Source: an uncultured delta proteobacterium (GTDB taxonomy: Bacteria > Myxococcota_A > Polyangia > Polyangiales > B10-G4). From it: 64,000 nucleotides of DNA. A model generated the notes under the pieces. It did not search any database. It was not told where the DNA came from and saw nothing but the letters and a program-made list of their open reading frames with translations. Both the position numbers and the translations under genes were made by a program. Where the stretch lies: contig CAVSGI010000006.1 of the NCBI GenBank assembly GCA_963727445.1, positions 224,001 to 288,000 of the forward strand. The letters are read 5' to 3'. The stretch's first letter is position 1. Every line of letters starts with the position of its first letter. Below are positions 29,538 to 38,401 of this stretch, piece after piece.

Positions 29538-30157
29538 GCGCCTCGCGGGGTCGGGGCCGAGAGCCCGGCGGCGCGCTCGCGGCCGGGCGGGCGCACGCGG
29601 GCGGAGTCCTCGCCGCGCGCCGGCCAGGGCAGCAGTGACTGGTCGTCGACGCGTGAAAAGCCGGGCGCAGCCTCGGTGTCGGCGGCGTAGGCGCGCAGGC
29701 CCTCGTCCTCCCAGGGGATGAGCCCATGCCGCGCGACGCTCCCGATGGGCGGGTCGGCTTCGGCGGCCCCGAGGAGCTCGCCAATCCGTTGCGCGATGGC
29801 CATCGCGGGTGCGAGGTCGCGCTCGGAGTCGACGTGAGCCGTGCTCTCGTTTCCGTTCTGCGAGACGACGCGCAGGTCGGCTGTCCCACCGCGATGGACC
29901 GACACCACCACCCACGCGCGGACCGGACCTTCGCGCGCGCTCAGCCCGCGTACCGCCGCCCCGTCGAGCCGTTCGGTGAGGGCGTTGCGAATCACCGCGG
30001 GACCCACGCCCCGAAGAGCGCTCTCCACCACCACCACCACGGCGCCTTCGGGCGTCTCCGCCTCCGGCTCCGCATCTTCTGCGTCCCCGGCCTCTTGCGC
30101 GCGCGCTGGCAATCCGCCCAGCGCCAGCGCTCCGGCAATCACCAGCCACCGCAGCAT
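29525..30157 (-). CDS. Hypothetical secreted protein
   Basis: Signal peptide MLRWLVIAG...ARAQ; follows two same-strand genes. Confidence 0.55.
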   Translation of the reverse strand: MLRWLVIAGALALGGLPARAQEAGDAEDAEPEAETPEGAVVVVVESALRGVGPAVIRNALTERLDGAAVRGLSAREGPVRAWVVVSVHRGGTADLRVVSQNGNESTAHVDSERDLAPAMAIAQRIGELLGAAEADPPIGSVARHGLIPWEDEGLRAYAADTEAAPGFSRVDDQSLLPWPARGEDSARVRPPGRERAAGLSAPTPRGAQNR

Positions 30158-30189
30158 GCATCCATCTTGCGGGGCGCCGGCGAGAGCTG

Positions 30190-31293
30190 TCAAAGGTCGC
30201 GTCGGCGTTCCTGCTCGTCGGCCTCCCCGGGCTCCGTCCCGTCGTCGCGCCGGAGCCACGCCGACAGCGCGCTCAGGGGGTCGAATCCGAGGGTCTGGCT
30301 CACGCTCGCGACCTCGGAGACGCGCTCCGCCACGCGGCTGCGCACGATATCGGTCAGGGGCGTGACGGCGGCGAGGAAGTCAATCCCTCCGAGGAAGCGC
30401 CGGGTGACGTCGGCGACGCCGCGGACCGCGTCTGCACCGAGCGCGATGGCGAGATAGGGCGGCGTCGGATAGACGATGACGTCGCGCACGGCGGTGGCCT
30501 GCGCCCATACGCCGGGCTCCGCGGAGCGCAGGAGCTCCTCGAGGGTGCGTCGCTGCGAGAAGATGCCCACGTGGACCGGCGCGAGCGCGTGGGAGACCGC
30601 TTCCACGATGACCCGGTGGTCCCGGCGGAAGTCTCCCCCGAGGGGGCCGACCCAGCGGGTGATGAGGTCGGGGCCCACCACCCGATCGATCGAACCGCGG
30701 CGGCGGCGCAATGCCACGGTGGTGTAGGGCGTTTCGCCAGACCACACGGTGAGCACCACCGAGTGATCGTCGGGCAAGAGGATGTCGAGGGCGCGGCGCA
30801 ACGTGCCCGGGGTGGGCACCGGGACGTTGCCGAGGGGATTCGGGTGGACGTGAACCTGTCCCGCTTCCTGCATCTCGCGGAAGATTCGTGCGAAGGCCAG
30901 CCACTGGGTGGCGTAGTCGTCGCCGCGCTGCAGGCGAAGAGCGAGGCGCTCGGCAATCTCGTCGGCTGCGCCTTCGGCGACCACAAACGCACGCAACGCA
31001 CCGTATTGTCGCGTGAGCTCGGGGAGCGCTTCGGGGCCCGACCACTGTTCGTTGGCGAGGTCGGCGATGCGCCCGCGCGAGGTGTGGAAGGCTTTGAGTA
31101 TGCGACCGCCCCGATCGACCACCATCACCAGCGCCCCACGGCCGCGATCGGTTTCGCCGCGCGCGACCTGCGGCGCGTCGCTGGTGGCGGGCTGATTGTC
31201 CATGCGCTCCACGACGCCCGGCGAGAAGATGCCGACGAGGTTGGTCCAGCTCTCGACGTCGAAACCTTCGAATCTGAGCTCGGGGCTGATCAT
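30190..31293 (-). CDS. Hypothetical cytoplasmic protein
   Basis: 367 aa globular-looking ORF, GGAGG RBS, ATGA overlap with the glycosidase. Confidence 0.75.
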   Translation of the reverse strand: MISPELRFEGFDVESWTNLVGIFSPGVVERMDNQPATSDAPQVARGETDRGRGALVMVVDRGGRILKAFHTSRGRIADLANEQWSGPEALPELTRQYGALRAFVVAEGAADEIAERLALRLQRGDDYATQWLAFARIFREMQEAGQVHVHPNPLGNVPVPTPGTLRRALDILLPDDHSVVLTVWSGETPYTTVALRRRRGSIDRVVGPDLITRWVGPLGGDFRRDHRVIVEAVSHALAPVHVGIFSQRRTLEELLRSAEPGVWAQATAVRDVIVYPTPPYLAIALGADAVRGVADVTRRFLGGIDFLAAVTPLTDIVRSRVAERVSEVASVSQTLGFDPLSALSAWLRRDDGTEPGEADEQERRRDL

Positions 31294-33407
31294 CGGCTCC
31301 TCCTCCGAGCGCGAGGCGGTTTCGGCGGGTCGCTGGCGGCGGCCTGCGACTCGATGACGAAGACGCGCACCGTGAGCCCGGGGATGGGCACGCTGATCGC
31401 CGTCTCTCCCTCGAACCGCTCCCCGCTGCGGATGTCGAGCAGGCCCATGGGCTCGGGGATCGACACCTCGGCGTGGGCCGCGAAGCGGTCGGGGTTGAGC
31501 AGGAAGAGCACCCGCGGGCCCTGCGCGTCACCGTGCACCGTCGTCTCGAGGGGCCGCGGCTCCACCGGAAAGGGACGGGCGAGTGAGAGGTCCTCGGCGA
31601 GCTGGTCGACCAGCGCGCGCGCCTCTTCCGCTTCGTCGAGGGAGGCGCGGATGCCGCCCGCGGGTGCTTCGAAGTGGTGGAAGCGCATCTGCTCGTCGAG
31701 CTCCGGCATGGCCGGCCCGTACACCACGGTCTTGCCCGCCGCCGCCAGCTCGCCGAGTCGCTCGAAGCGCCCGCGCGACGCGAACTCGTAGCTGGGCCAG
31801 ACGACCACCTTGACGCCGTCGAAGCGTGCGAGGGGCGCGTCGCCGTCGATCCATAGATAGGGGATCTGCGCCTCGGTGAGGGCGTCGCTCATGTTGGCGA
31901 GCATGCGCCACCACAGCACCTGGATCGGTCCGGAGAAGCCGAGGTCGTCCTCACGACAGCCGTCCACGGGCGTGCCGCCGAGCGCCTCGAGCGCCGACGG
32001 GCTGGCGATGCCGCCGAAGAGATGGGTCACGCGCGACAGACGCCGGTACTCCGGCGGCAGCACCAGCGCGACCTCAGCCGCGCGGTCGAGCTCGTGGAAG
32101 CTGAGCTCGGTCAGGCGGGTGAAGACCTCGCGCCATGCCGCGGCCTCGGCGCGCGGCTCGCCGCGGGCGTCGATGGGAGAGCCGTACCAGCGATCGCGAT
32201 CGACGGCCATGTAGAGGTTCAGCCCACGCAGGCCGTAGGCGAAGCTGGCCATCGTGCAGTAGAGCGAGTCGCCATGGGTGAGCGGTGTGAACCAGGGGGG
32301 CGCGCCGACGCCCATCTCCGGCGCGTAGGGGAGCTCTACCGTGCCGGTGAGCAGGAGCGTGCGCCGCTTGATCGTCCGATGCTCCCGGGCCGGGTGGTAG
32401 TAGTCGAGGCCGACCAGGTCGACCACGTCGTCGATGCCCGGGATGCTGATGGGCAGGCCCGCTTCGCCCAGCGCGATGTTGTGCGTGATGGGGACGCCCT
32501 CGAGCCCGGCTTTCGCCATCCGCTTGCGCATGCGCGCGAGGGAGTCGGAGATGAGCCGTTCCCGGAACTCGGCCCAGTCGAGGTAGCGGGTGAGATCTTC
32601 CGGGCGCTCGGCTTCGAAGCGCGTCGGGGGATCCACCTCGTCCCAGCGCGCGTAGCGCTGCCGGTGCGCCTCGGCCGCGCGCTTGACGCTGCCGTAGCGC
32701 GACTCGAGGAAGCGCTGGTAGAGCGCGATGGCGTCCGGGTGGTAGTCCTGATCGAAAGGACCGGTACGGAAGTAATACGACGCTTCGTTGTCGACCTGGA
32801 GCAGCACGACCGGGCCGTCCGGATAGATGCGCGGCACCACGACCTCGGCGACCGCGTCGTACCATCGCCCCGTCTCTTCGTGGAAACGCTCGCTCGCGTA
32901 GCTCGGCACCGGGAACATCTGCGGCGGGAAGGGGAGGATCACCGGGTTCTGGCGAGGCGAGCGCGCCTGGCAGGCCTTGTCGTAGACGATGCGCTCGGGC
33001 AGCCCGAAGTTCGTCATCTCCGCGTTGATGTGCGGGCCGGGACGGATGAACACCCACAGGCCCTCTTCGGCAGCCATGTCGATGAAGCGTCCGAGGTCAC
33101 GTTTGGGATCGGTCTCGCCGAAATCGAAGGCGCCGGGTCCCGTCTCGTGCACGCCCCACGGCGTGTAGGTCTCGACCATGGGCAGCCCCATGCGCTTCAG
33201 CGCCTCGAGGCCCGGCTTCCAGGCCGAAGGGTCCAGCCGGTAGTAGTGCATCGCGCCCGAGAGCAGGGGGATGCGCACGTCGCCGATCTTCAGCGTGCGG
33301 CCGGCGAGGCGCACGCGCTTCGGCCCCTTGGACCTCTGCGCACCGCTCTTGCGCCTGGCAGCGGTCTTCGCCTTCGACGCAGCCTTCTTTTTCTTCTCCT
33401 TCCCCAT
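31290..33407 (-). CDS. Beta-galactosidase-like glycoside hydrolase (GH35/GH42-like)
   Basis: SGAMHYYR, ETYTPWGVHE, IRPGPHINAE, QVDNE acid/base, APEMG nucleophile, NLYM. Confidence 0.88.
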   Translation of the reverse strand: MGKEKKKKAASKAKTAARRKSGAQRSKGPKRVRLAGRTLKIGDVRIPLLSGAMHYYRLDPSAWKPGLEALKRMGLPMVETYTPWGVHETGPGAFDFGETDPKRDLGRFIDMAAEEGLWVFIRPGPHINAEMTNFGLPERIVYDKACQARSPRQNPVILPFPPQMFPVPSYASERFHEETGRWYDAVAEVVVPRIYPDGPVVLLQVDNEASYYFRTGPFDQDYHPDAIALYQRFLESRYGSVKRAAEAHRQRYARWDEVDPPTRFEAERPEDLTRYLDWAEFRERLISDSLARMRKRMAKAGLEGVPITHNIALGEAGLPISIPGIDDVVDLVGLDYYHPAREHRTIKRRTLLLTGTVELPYAPEMGVGAPPWFTPLTHGDSLYCTMASFAYGLRGLNLYMAVDRDRWYGSPIDARGEPRAEAAAWREVFTRLTELSFHELDRAAEVALVLPPEYRRLSRVTHLFGGIASPSALEALGGTPVDGCREDDLGFSGPIQVLWWRMLANMSDALTEAQIPYLWIDGDAPLARFDGVKVVVWPSYEFASRGRFERLGELAAAGKTVVYGPAMPELDEQMRFHHFEAPAGGIRASLDEAEEARALVDQLAEDLSLARPFPVEPRPLETTVHGDAQGPRVLFLLNPDRFAAHAEVSIPEPMGLLDIRSGERFEGETAISVPIPGLTVRVFVIESQAAASDPPKPPRARRRSR

Positions 33408-33488
33408 CTCGTGGCGTTTCCGAGGCGGGAGATTAGCAGGGTTTGACGGCGGCCGAGTGCGGACCGCCATTCGTGGTAGAAGGCCACC

Positions 33489-33872
33489 GTGACCTATCTC
33501 CTGGTCGGTCTCGGCGGCGCGCTCGGCGCGACCCTCCGCTATGCGCTCAACGTGTGGTCGGGTCAGCTCTTCGGTCCGGGCTGGCCGTGGGGGACGATGC
33601 TCGCCAACGTGGTGGGCTCCTTCGCGCTCGGCGTGGTGATGGAGCTCGGCGTCGGTCGAACAATCTACGGCGTGGACGCGCGCATCCCGTTGGGGGTCGG
33701 GGTGATGGGCGGCTTCACGACCTATTCGAGCTTCAACCTCGAGGTGCTCAAGTTCTGGGAGCAGGGGCAGCTCGGTCGCGCCGCCGCCTACGCCAGCGTC
33801 ACCTTCGTGGTCTGCCTCCTCGCCGGCGTGGCGGGGCTCACCCTGGCGCGGGCGGTCAAGAGCGGCGGATGA
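33489..33872 (+). CDS. crcB: Fluoride channel Fluc/CrcB
   Basis: GGALGATLRY, PWGTMLANVVG, GGFTTYSSF. Confidence 0.93.
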   Translation: MTYLLVGLGGALGATLRYALNVWSGQLFGPGWPWGTMLANVVGSFALGVVMELGVGRTIYGVDARIPLGVGVMGGFTTYSSFNLEVLKFWEQGQLGRAAAYASVTFVVCLLAGVAGLTLARAVKSGG

Positions 33873-35941
33873 GGCCCCTCGTCCTCGTCGCGATGGTCTG
33901 TCAGCTGACGGCGGGTTGCGGCAGCGTCGAGCGTCGCCGTCCCTCGCCGCGCCCTCGACAAGTCGCCGAGGGGGTGCAGGAGGTACAGGAGCGCTCGCTC
34001 CGGGTCGCGGCGGGGAGCGGCATCAGCTGCGCGCTCGATGCCGAGGGCGTCGGGTGCTGGGGCGCCGGGAGCGCCTCCTTCGTGCGGATCGACGAGACCG
34101 CGCACGCCCTCGACGTGGCGGCCGCTGGGCGAAACGTCGCGGTGCTCCGCGAGAGCGGTGAGGTGCTCTCGGGCACCTTTCCCGGCGCCTTCACGCCGGT
34201 CGCGAGCATCGGCGCGACGCGGAGCCTCGCCGTGGGGCCGGCGCACGGCTGTGCCGCAGACGAAGAGGGGCACGTGCGCTGTTGGGGGGAGGCGAGCTTC
34301 GGGCGTCTCGGCAGGGCCGCAGAGGGCCCGGCCGCAGCGCCGCTCCCGGGCCTCGAGGACGTCGTCGAGCTCGCCCTGGGCGCGGCGCACTCCTGTGCGC
34401 TGACGCGCCAGGGCGAGGTGTACTGCTGGGGCCTGGGGGGCGACCCGGCCAGCCGCTGCCGCATGGATGACGACGGGATCGTCACCTGCGAGGGCGGCTC
34501 CGAAGGGGCCGCCCGGATCCCGCGGAGGGTGGAGCGCCTCGGCGGCGCGACGCACATCGCCGCCGCGGGACACCGCACCTGCGCTCTCACGTACGAGGGG
34601 CTCGTTCAGTGCTTCGACGTGCTTCGCCGCGACACCGAAGGACATTTCGTCCCACGACGGATCGCCGCGGTGGGCGGGGGCGAGGCGATCACCCTCGGCG
34701 AGGACTTCGGATGCGTGGTCGCGGACGGGGAGGCCCTGTGCTGGGGCTCCGACGAGCGGGGCCAGCGGGGAGACGGCGATCCCGTGATGGGGCGGCACGA
34801 GATCTCGGCGGCGGTCGGGCTGTCGGAGATCGTCGACGTGGACGCGGGGGGCAGTCATGCGTGCGCGGTACGGCGGGGTGGCGAGGTGCGCTGCTGGGGC
34901 GCGGACGACGCGTATCAGCTCGGCGACGGGTACGCGGGCTTCGACGGATCACCCACCGCGCTCGCCATCCCCGGGCTCCGGGATCTCCAGGGTGATTCAT
35001 CGCTCCTCTGCGCTCTCGGCAACGACGCCGCCGTGCAGTGTCTCGGCCACAACGACCACGGTCAGCTCGGTGATACCACGCTGGTGAGCCGCTGGGATTT
35101 CGCGCCGGTGGTGGATCTCAGCCACACCGTCCAGCTGGACGTGGCGCACGATCACGCCTGCGCTGTCGACCAGCGCGGCGACCTCAGGTGTTGGGGCAAC
35201 AACCGCCGCCTCTTCCTCGGCCCGTCGCATCGCCCGGACCCACCGACGCTGAGCGCGCCCGTTCGCGCCACCTGGCTGCGCGGCGTAGCCGAGGTTGCGA
35301 CCAGCGCGGACGGCACCTGCGTGCGACTGCGCAGCGGGCGGGTGTCGTGTTTTGGCCGCTCGTCGCGCGGAGGCGAAGCGCAAATGGGACCGATCGCGGG
35401 CATCGCGCATGCGACCGACATCGACGGAAGGGCGTCGCGCTTCGGTGCGACCGCCGCGGGGCGGGTTCATCGCTGGGGCAGCGACACCGAAGGCGCCACC
35501 TCGAGGATCGTCGAAGGGGCCACCGACGCCCAGCGCGTCGCCGTCGGCTGCACCTTCGGATGCGCCCGCTTGCGCGGCGGAGAAGTCTCCTGTTGGGGCA
35601 CGCTGCCTGGATGGCCGCCGAGCGACGCGGCCTTCGCGATCGAAGGCGTGAGCGAGGCGGAGACGCTCGAGGCAGGCTGCGATCACGCGTGCGCTTCGCG
35701 ACGCGGTGGCGAAATCCTGTGTTGGGGGGGAAACGGGCGGGGACAGCTCGGGATCGGACGCATTTCCAGCGCGGAACGCCCCAGCCCATTCCCGGTGCAG
35801 GGCACACTGCATGTTCTCGACCGCGCGACCTGCGTCGATCAGGGGGGTGGGGCGCTCACCTGTTTCGGCGAGCTTCCGGGCGTTGGTGAGCGAGCAGACC
35901 AACCGGCGCCGGTGATCGTATCGTTTTCGAGAGCCCCCTGA
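33869..35941 (+). CDS. RCC1/BLIP-II-like repeat lipoprotein
   Basis: Lipobox LTAGC; many G-x-x-H-x-CA...G-x-V-x-CWG repeats; ATGA overlap. Confidence 0.88.
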   Translation: MRPLVLVAMVCQLTAGCGSVERRRPSPRPRQVAEGVQEVQERSLRVAAGSGISCALDAEGVGCWGAGSASFVRIDETAHALDVAAAGRNVAVLRESGEVLSGTFPGAFTPVASIGATRSLAVGPAHGCAADEEGHVRCWGEASFGRLGRAAEGPAAAPLPGLEDVVELALGAAHSCALTRQGEVYCWGLGGDPASRCRMDDDGIVTCEGGSEGAARIPRRVERLGGATHIAAAGHRTCALTYEGLVQCFDVLRRDTEGHFVPRRIAAVGGGEAITLGEDFGCVVADGEALCWGSDERGQRGDGDPVMGRHEISAAVGLSEIVDVDAGGSHACAVRRGGEVRCWGADDAYQLGDGYAGFDGSPTALAIPGLRDLQGDSSLLCALGNDAAVQCLGHNDHGQLGDTTLVSRWDFAPVVDLSHTVQLDVAHDHACAVDQRGDLRCWGNNRRLFLGPSHRPDPPTLSAPVRATWLRGVAEVATSADGTCVRLRSGRVSCFGRSSRGGEAQMGPIAGIAHATDIDGRASRFGATAAGRVHRWGSDTEGATSRIVEGATDAQRVAVGCTFGCARLRGGEVSCWGTLPGWPPSDAAFAIEGVSEAETLEAGCDHACASRRGGEILCWGGNGRGQLGIGRISSAERPSPFPVQGTLHVLDRATCVDQGGGALTCFGELPGVGERADQPAPVIVSFSRAP

Positions 35942-36013
35942 TCGAATTCATCGGCGGGCTTCCCTTCTCATCGCGCGGCGACCGGCCTACCATCTCTCGC
36001 TCCGGAGGCTGAC

Positions 36014-37279
36014 ATGAAGGCGATCGTCGTCGTAGGCGCACAATGGGGAGACGAGGGAAAGGGGAAGCTCGCCGATGTTCTGGCGCCTCGGGCGAAGCTT
36101 CTCGTCCAATACGCCGGCGGCGGAAACCCGGGGCAGACGATCGCGGTCGCGGGCAACCGCCTGGTCTTCGACATCCTTCCTCCCGGACCGATGCGCAAGG
36201 GCATGGGGTGCCTCCTCGCGCAGGGGATGGCCCTCGATCCCAAGCTGCTCGTCGAGGAGCTCGACCTGCTCGCGGAGCACGACATCTCGGAGGGTGAGGT
36301 CTTCGTGTCGCGGCGCGCCCACGCCATCCTCCCGCATCACATCCTGGTCGATGAGCTGCGCCAGGAAGAGGAGGGGGCCTCCGGCGTACGGCGCCGCGGG
36401 ATCGGCCCCGCCTACGCCGACAAGCTCGCGCGTCGCGGCGTGCAGATCGGCGATCTGACGAGCGACAAGCTCGAGGACAAGCTCGCGCAGAGCATCGAAG
36501 GCTGGCGCTCCGTGATCGAGGGGCTGGGCGGCACGGTTCCGGAGGCGCGCGAGGTGGCCGACGGCTACCGTTCGCTCGGCGAGCGACTCGCCAAGCACTT
36601 CGTCGACGGCTCGAAGCTGGTGGGCGACGCCATCGCCAGGGGCGACAAGGTCGTGCTCGAGGCGCCCCTCGGGACGATGGTCGACCTCGACATGGGCGCG
36701 TATCCCTTCGTCGTCGCGGCCTCGACCATCGCCGCGGGCGCCGCGCCTGGGGTGGGCCTCGCGCCGGACGCCATCGGCACGGTGATCGGCGTCGCCAAGG
36801 CATACTCCACACGACCCGGCCGCGGCCCGATCGGCGCCGAGGTGACCGGCGACCTCGCCAAGCACCTCATCGACCAGGGCCAGGAGTACGGACAGGACGG
36901 GCGGCCGCGTCGCGTAGGCATGCTCGACATCGCGGCGTTGCGTTTCGCCAAGCGCGTCAACGGCATGGCGCAGCTCTTCCTCACCAAGCTCGACGTGCTC
37001 GCGGGTCTCGACGAGATCCCTGTCTGCGTGGGTTACGAGCTCGACGGTGAGGAGCTGTCGGAGCCTCCCTTCGAAGGGCTGTCGCGGGCGACGCCCAAGG
37101 TCGAGATGCGACCGGGATGGAAGGAGAGCCTCGAGGGGTGTCGCAGCTTCGAGGAGCTCCCCGAGGCGGCCCAGGGCTACGTGCGCTTCATCGAGGAGCA
37201 GGTGGGCGTGCCCGTCACGATGATCGGCGTGGGGCCGGACCGCGCCGCCACCATCGTCCAGAAGTCGCCCTTCGACTGA
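36014..37279 (+). CDS. Adenylosuccinate synthetase-like protein, active site degenerate (PurA paralog)
   Basis: GAQWGDEGKGK, GIGPAYADK, KAYSTR, TKLDVL, PGW and GVGP present; NAGHT>NPGQT, GTTGRG>GVRRRG, EGAQG>EAPLG, GATTGR>GQDGR. Confidence 0.85.
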   Translation: MKAIVVVGAQWGDEGKGKLADVLAPRAKLLVQYAGGGNPGQTIAVAGNRLVFDILPPGPMRKGMGCLLAQGMALDPKLLVEELDLLAEHDISEGEVFVSRRAHAILPHHILVDELRQEEEGASGVRRRGIGPAYADKLARRGVQIGDLTSDKLEDKLAQSIEGWRSVIEGLGGTVPEAREVADGYRSLGERLAKHFVDGSKLVGDAIARGDKVVLEAPLGTMVDLDMGAYPFVVAASTIAAGAAPGVGLAPDAIGTVIGVAKAYSTRPGRGPIGAEVTGDLAKHLIDQGQEYGQDGRPRRVGMLDIAALRFAKRVNGMAQLFLTKLDVLAGLDEIPVCVGYELDGEELSEPPFEGLSRATPKVEMRPGWKESLEGCRSFEELPEAAQGYVRFIEEQVGVPVTMIGVGPDRAATIVQKSPFD

Positions 37280-37282
37280 TCG

Positions 37283-38327
37283 TCAGCCGCTCGCGGCTTC
37301 GACGAGCGCGTCGACCACGGGCGTCACGTCCTTGAATCCCTCGACGACGCGGTTCTGGCCGTCCCAGGCGGCGTCCACCGCGGCGGCGAAGAGCTCGCGG
37401 CTCGGGGCCTCGTCCACCACCTTCTTCGTGAGCACGTCCGCCGCGTCTTCGTCCTGGTAGAAGTCGCCGGCGACGGCCGCGCCCCGAACGAGCCCTTCGT
37501 CGTCCAGGGCGACGCCCGCGGAGATGAAACCGATGGGCACCTCGCGGATGGAAGACCAGTCGAGGCTGTCCCATGCGTCGTCGAAGCCCACCGTGGCGCG
37601 CGTCTGGTTCGCGTCCGCCGCCTCGCGCTCGGCGTCGCTCAGAGACGAGTGGTCGAGCTCGAGCTCCTTGTCCGGGTAGCGATCGACGTGTCCCTCGGCG
37701 AGGGTGCGCACCAGGTCTTCGGCCGAGCGGGGAGCCTCCCAGAATCTCGCTCATCAGGATCGGATCCTTCGCCTCGAGCGTCATCTCCTCGCGCATCGGA
37801 TAGCCGCTGAGCTCGTCGGGGAGCCAGTAGGGGCGGTCGACCGAGAGGAACGCCTCGACGAGCACACCACCATCCGGAAGACGCGACCAACCGATGAGCG
37901 CCGCCGGACGCTTGTCCACCGAGATCCATTCGCGGCCGAAGTACTGCGCGCGTGCCCCGGTGAGCGCGAGGCCGCCCATGAGGCCGCGGACGTTGCGGTT
38001 GAGCACGCGATCGCGGGGGCACTCCATCAGGACCGAGGAATGGCGCAGGCCCAGGGCCACGTAGAAGATGCCGCGACCCCCGACGCAGGTCGGCCCGCCG
38101 GTGGCTCGGCGGACCACCTCGATGCCGCGCGCACCGACCTCCTTGATGGCGAGCGCGTCGAGAGCCCGCTGATTTCTTCCGAGCACCACAGCGTCGCCGG
38201 AGAGGCTCGCGCCGTAGATGAAGGCGGGCGGCGCGTCGGCTCCCTCGAGCCCGCGGTAGAGCGCGTTCCCGATGGACAGGGCCCTGAGGGGAGTCACGTC
38301 CGTCTCGGCGATCCAACGTAGCCGCAT
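37283..38327 (-). CDS. Lipoate-protein ligase A-like protein, divergent (one extra base at ~37743)
   Basis: VVLGRNQ, VVRRATGG; LplA C-terminal-like G...AGDFY in the second frame; removing one base of GAATC fuses the ORFs. Confidence 0.7.
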
Positions 38328-38401
38328 CGCCCCAATCGTCCCTCCTCCGGCACGAACACTTCAAGGTTGATTATTTCGAAACTGCTCTTCGCGCGGCGCG
38401 G

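Noticed and set aside
33408..33488. Fluoride riboswitch before crcB
   Set aside because: Short divergent intergenic region without the GGxGATGG...TGATG consensus
36014..37279. PurZ (Z-base synthesis)
   Set aside because: Asp13 of GDEGKG is retained (PurZ has Ser there), and there is no phage, datZ or mazZ context
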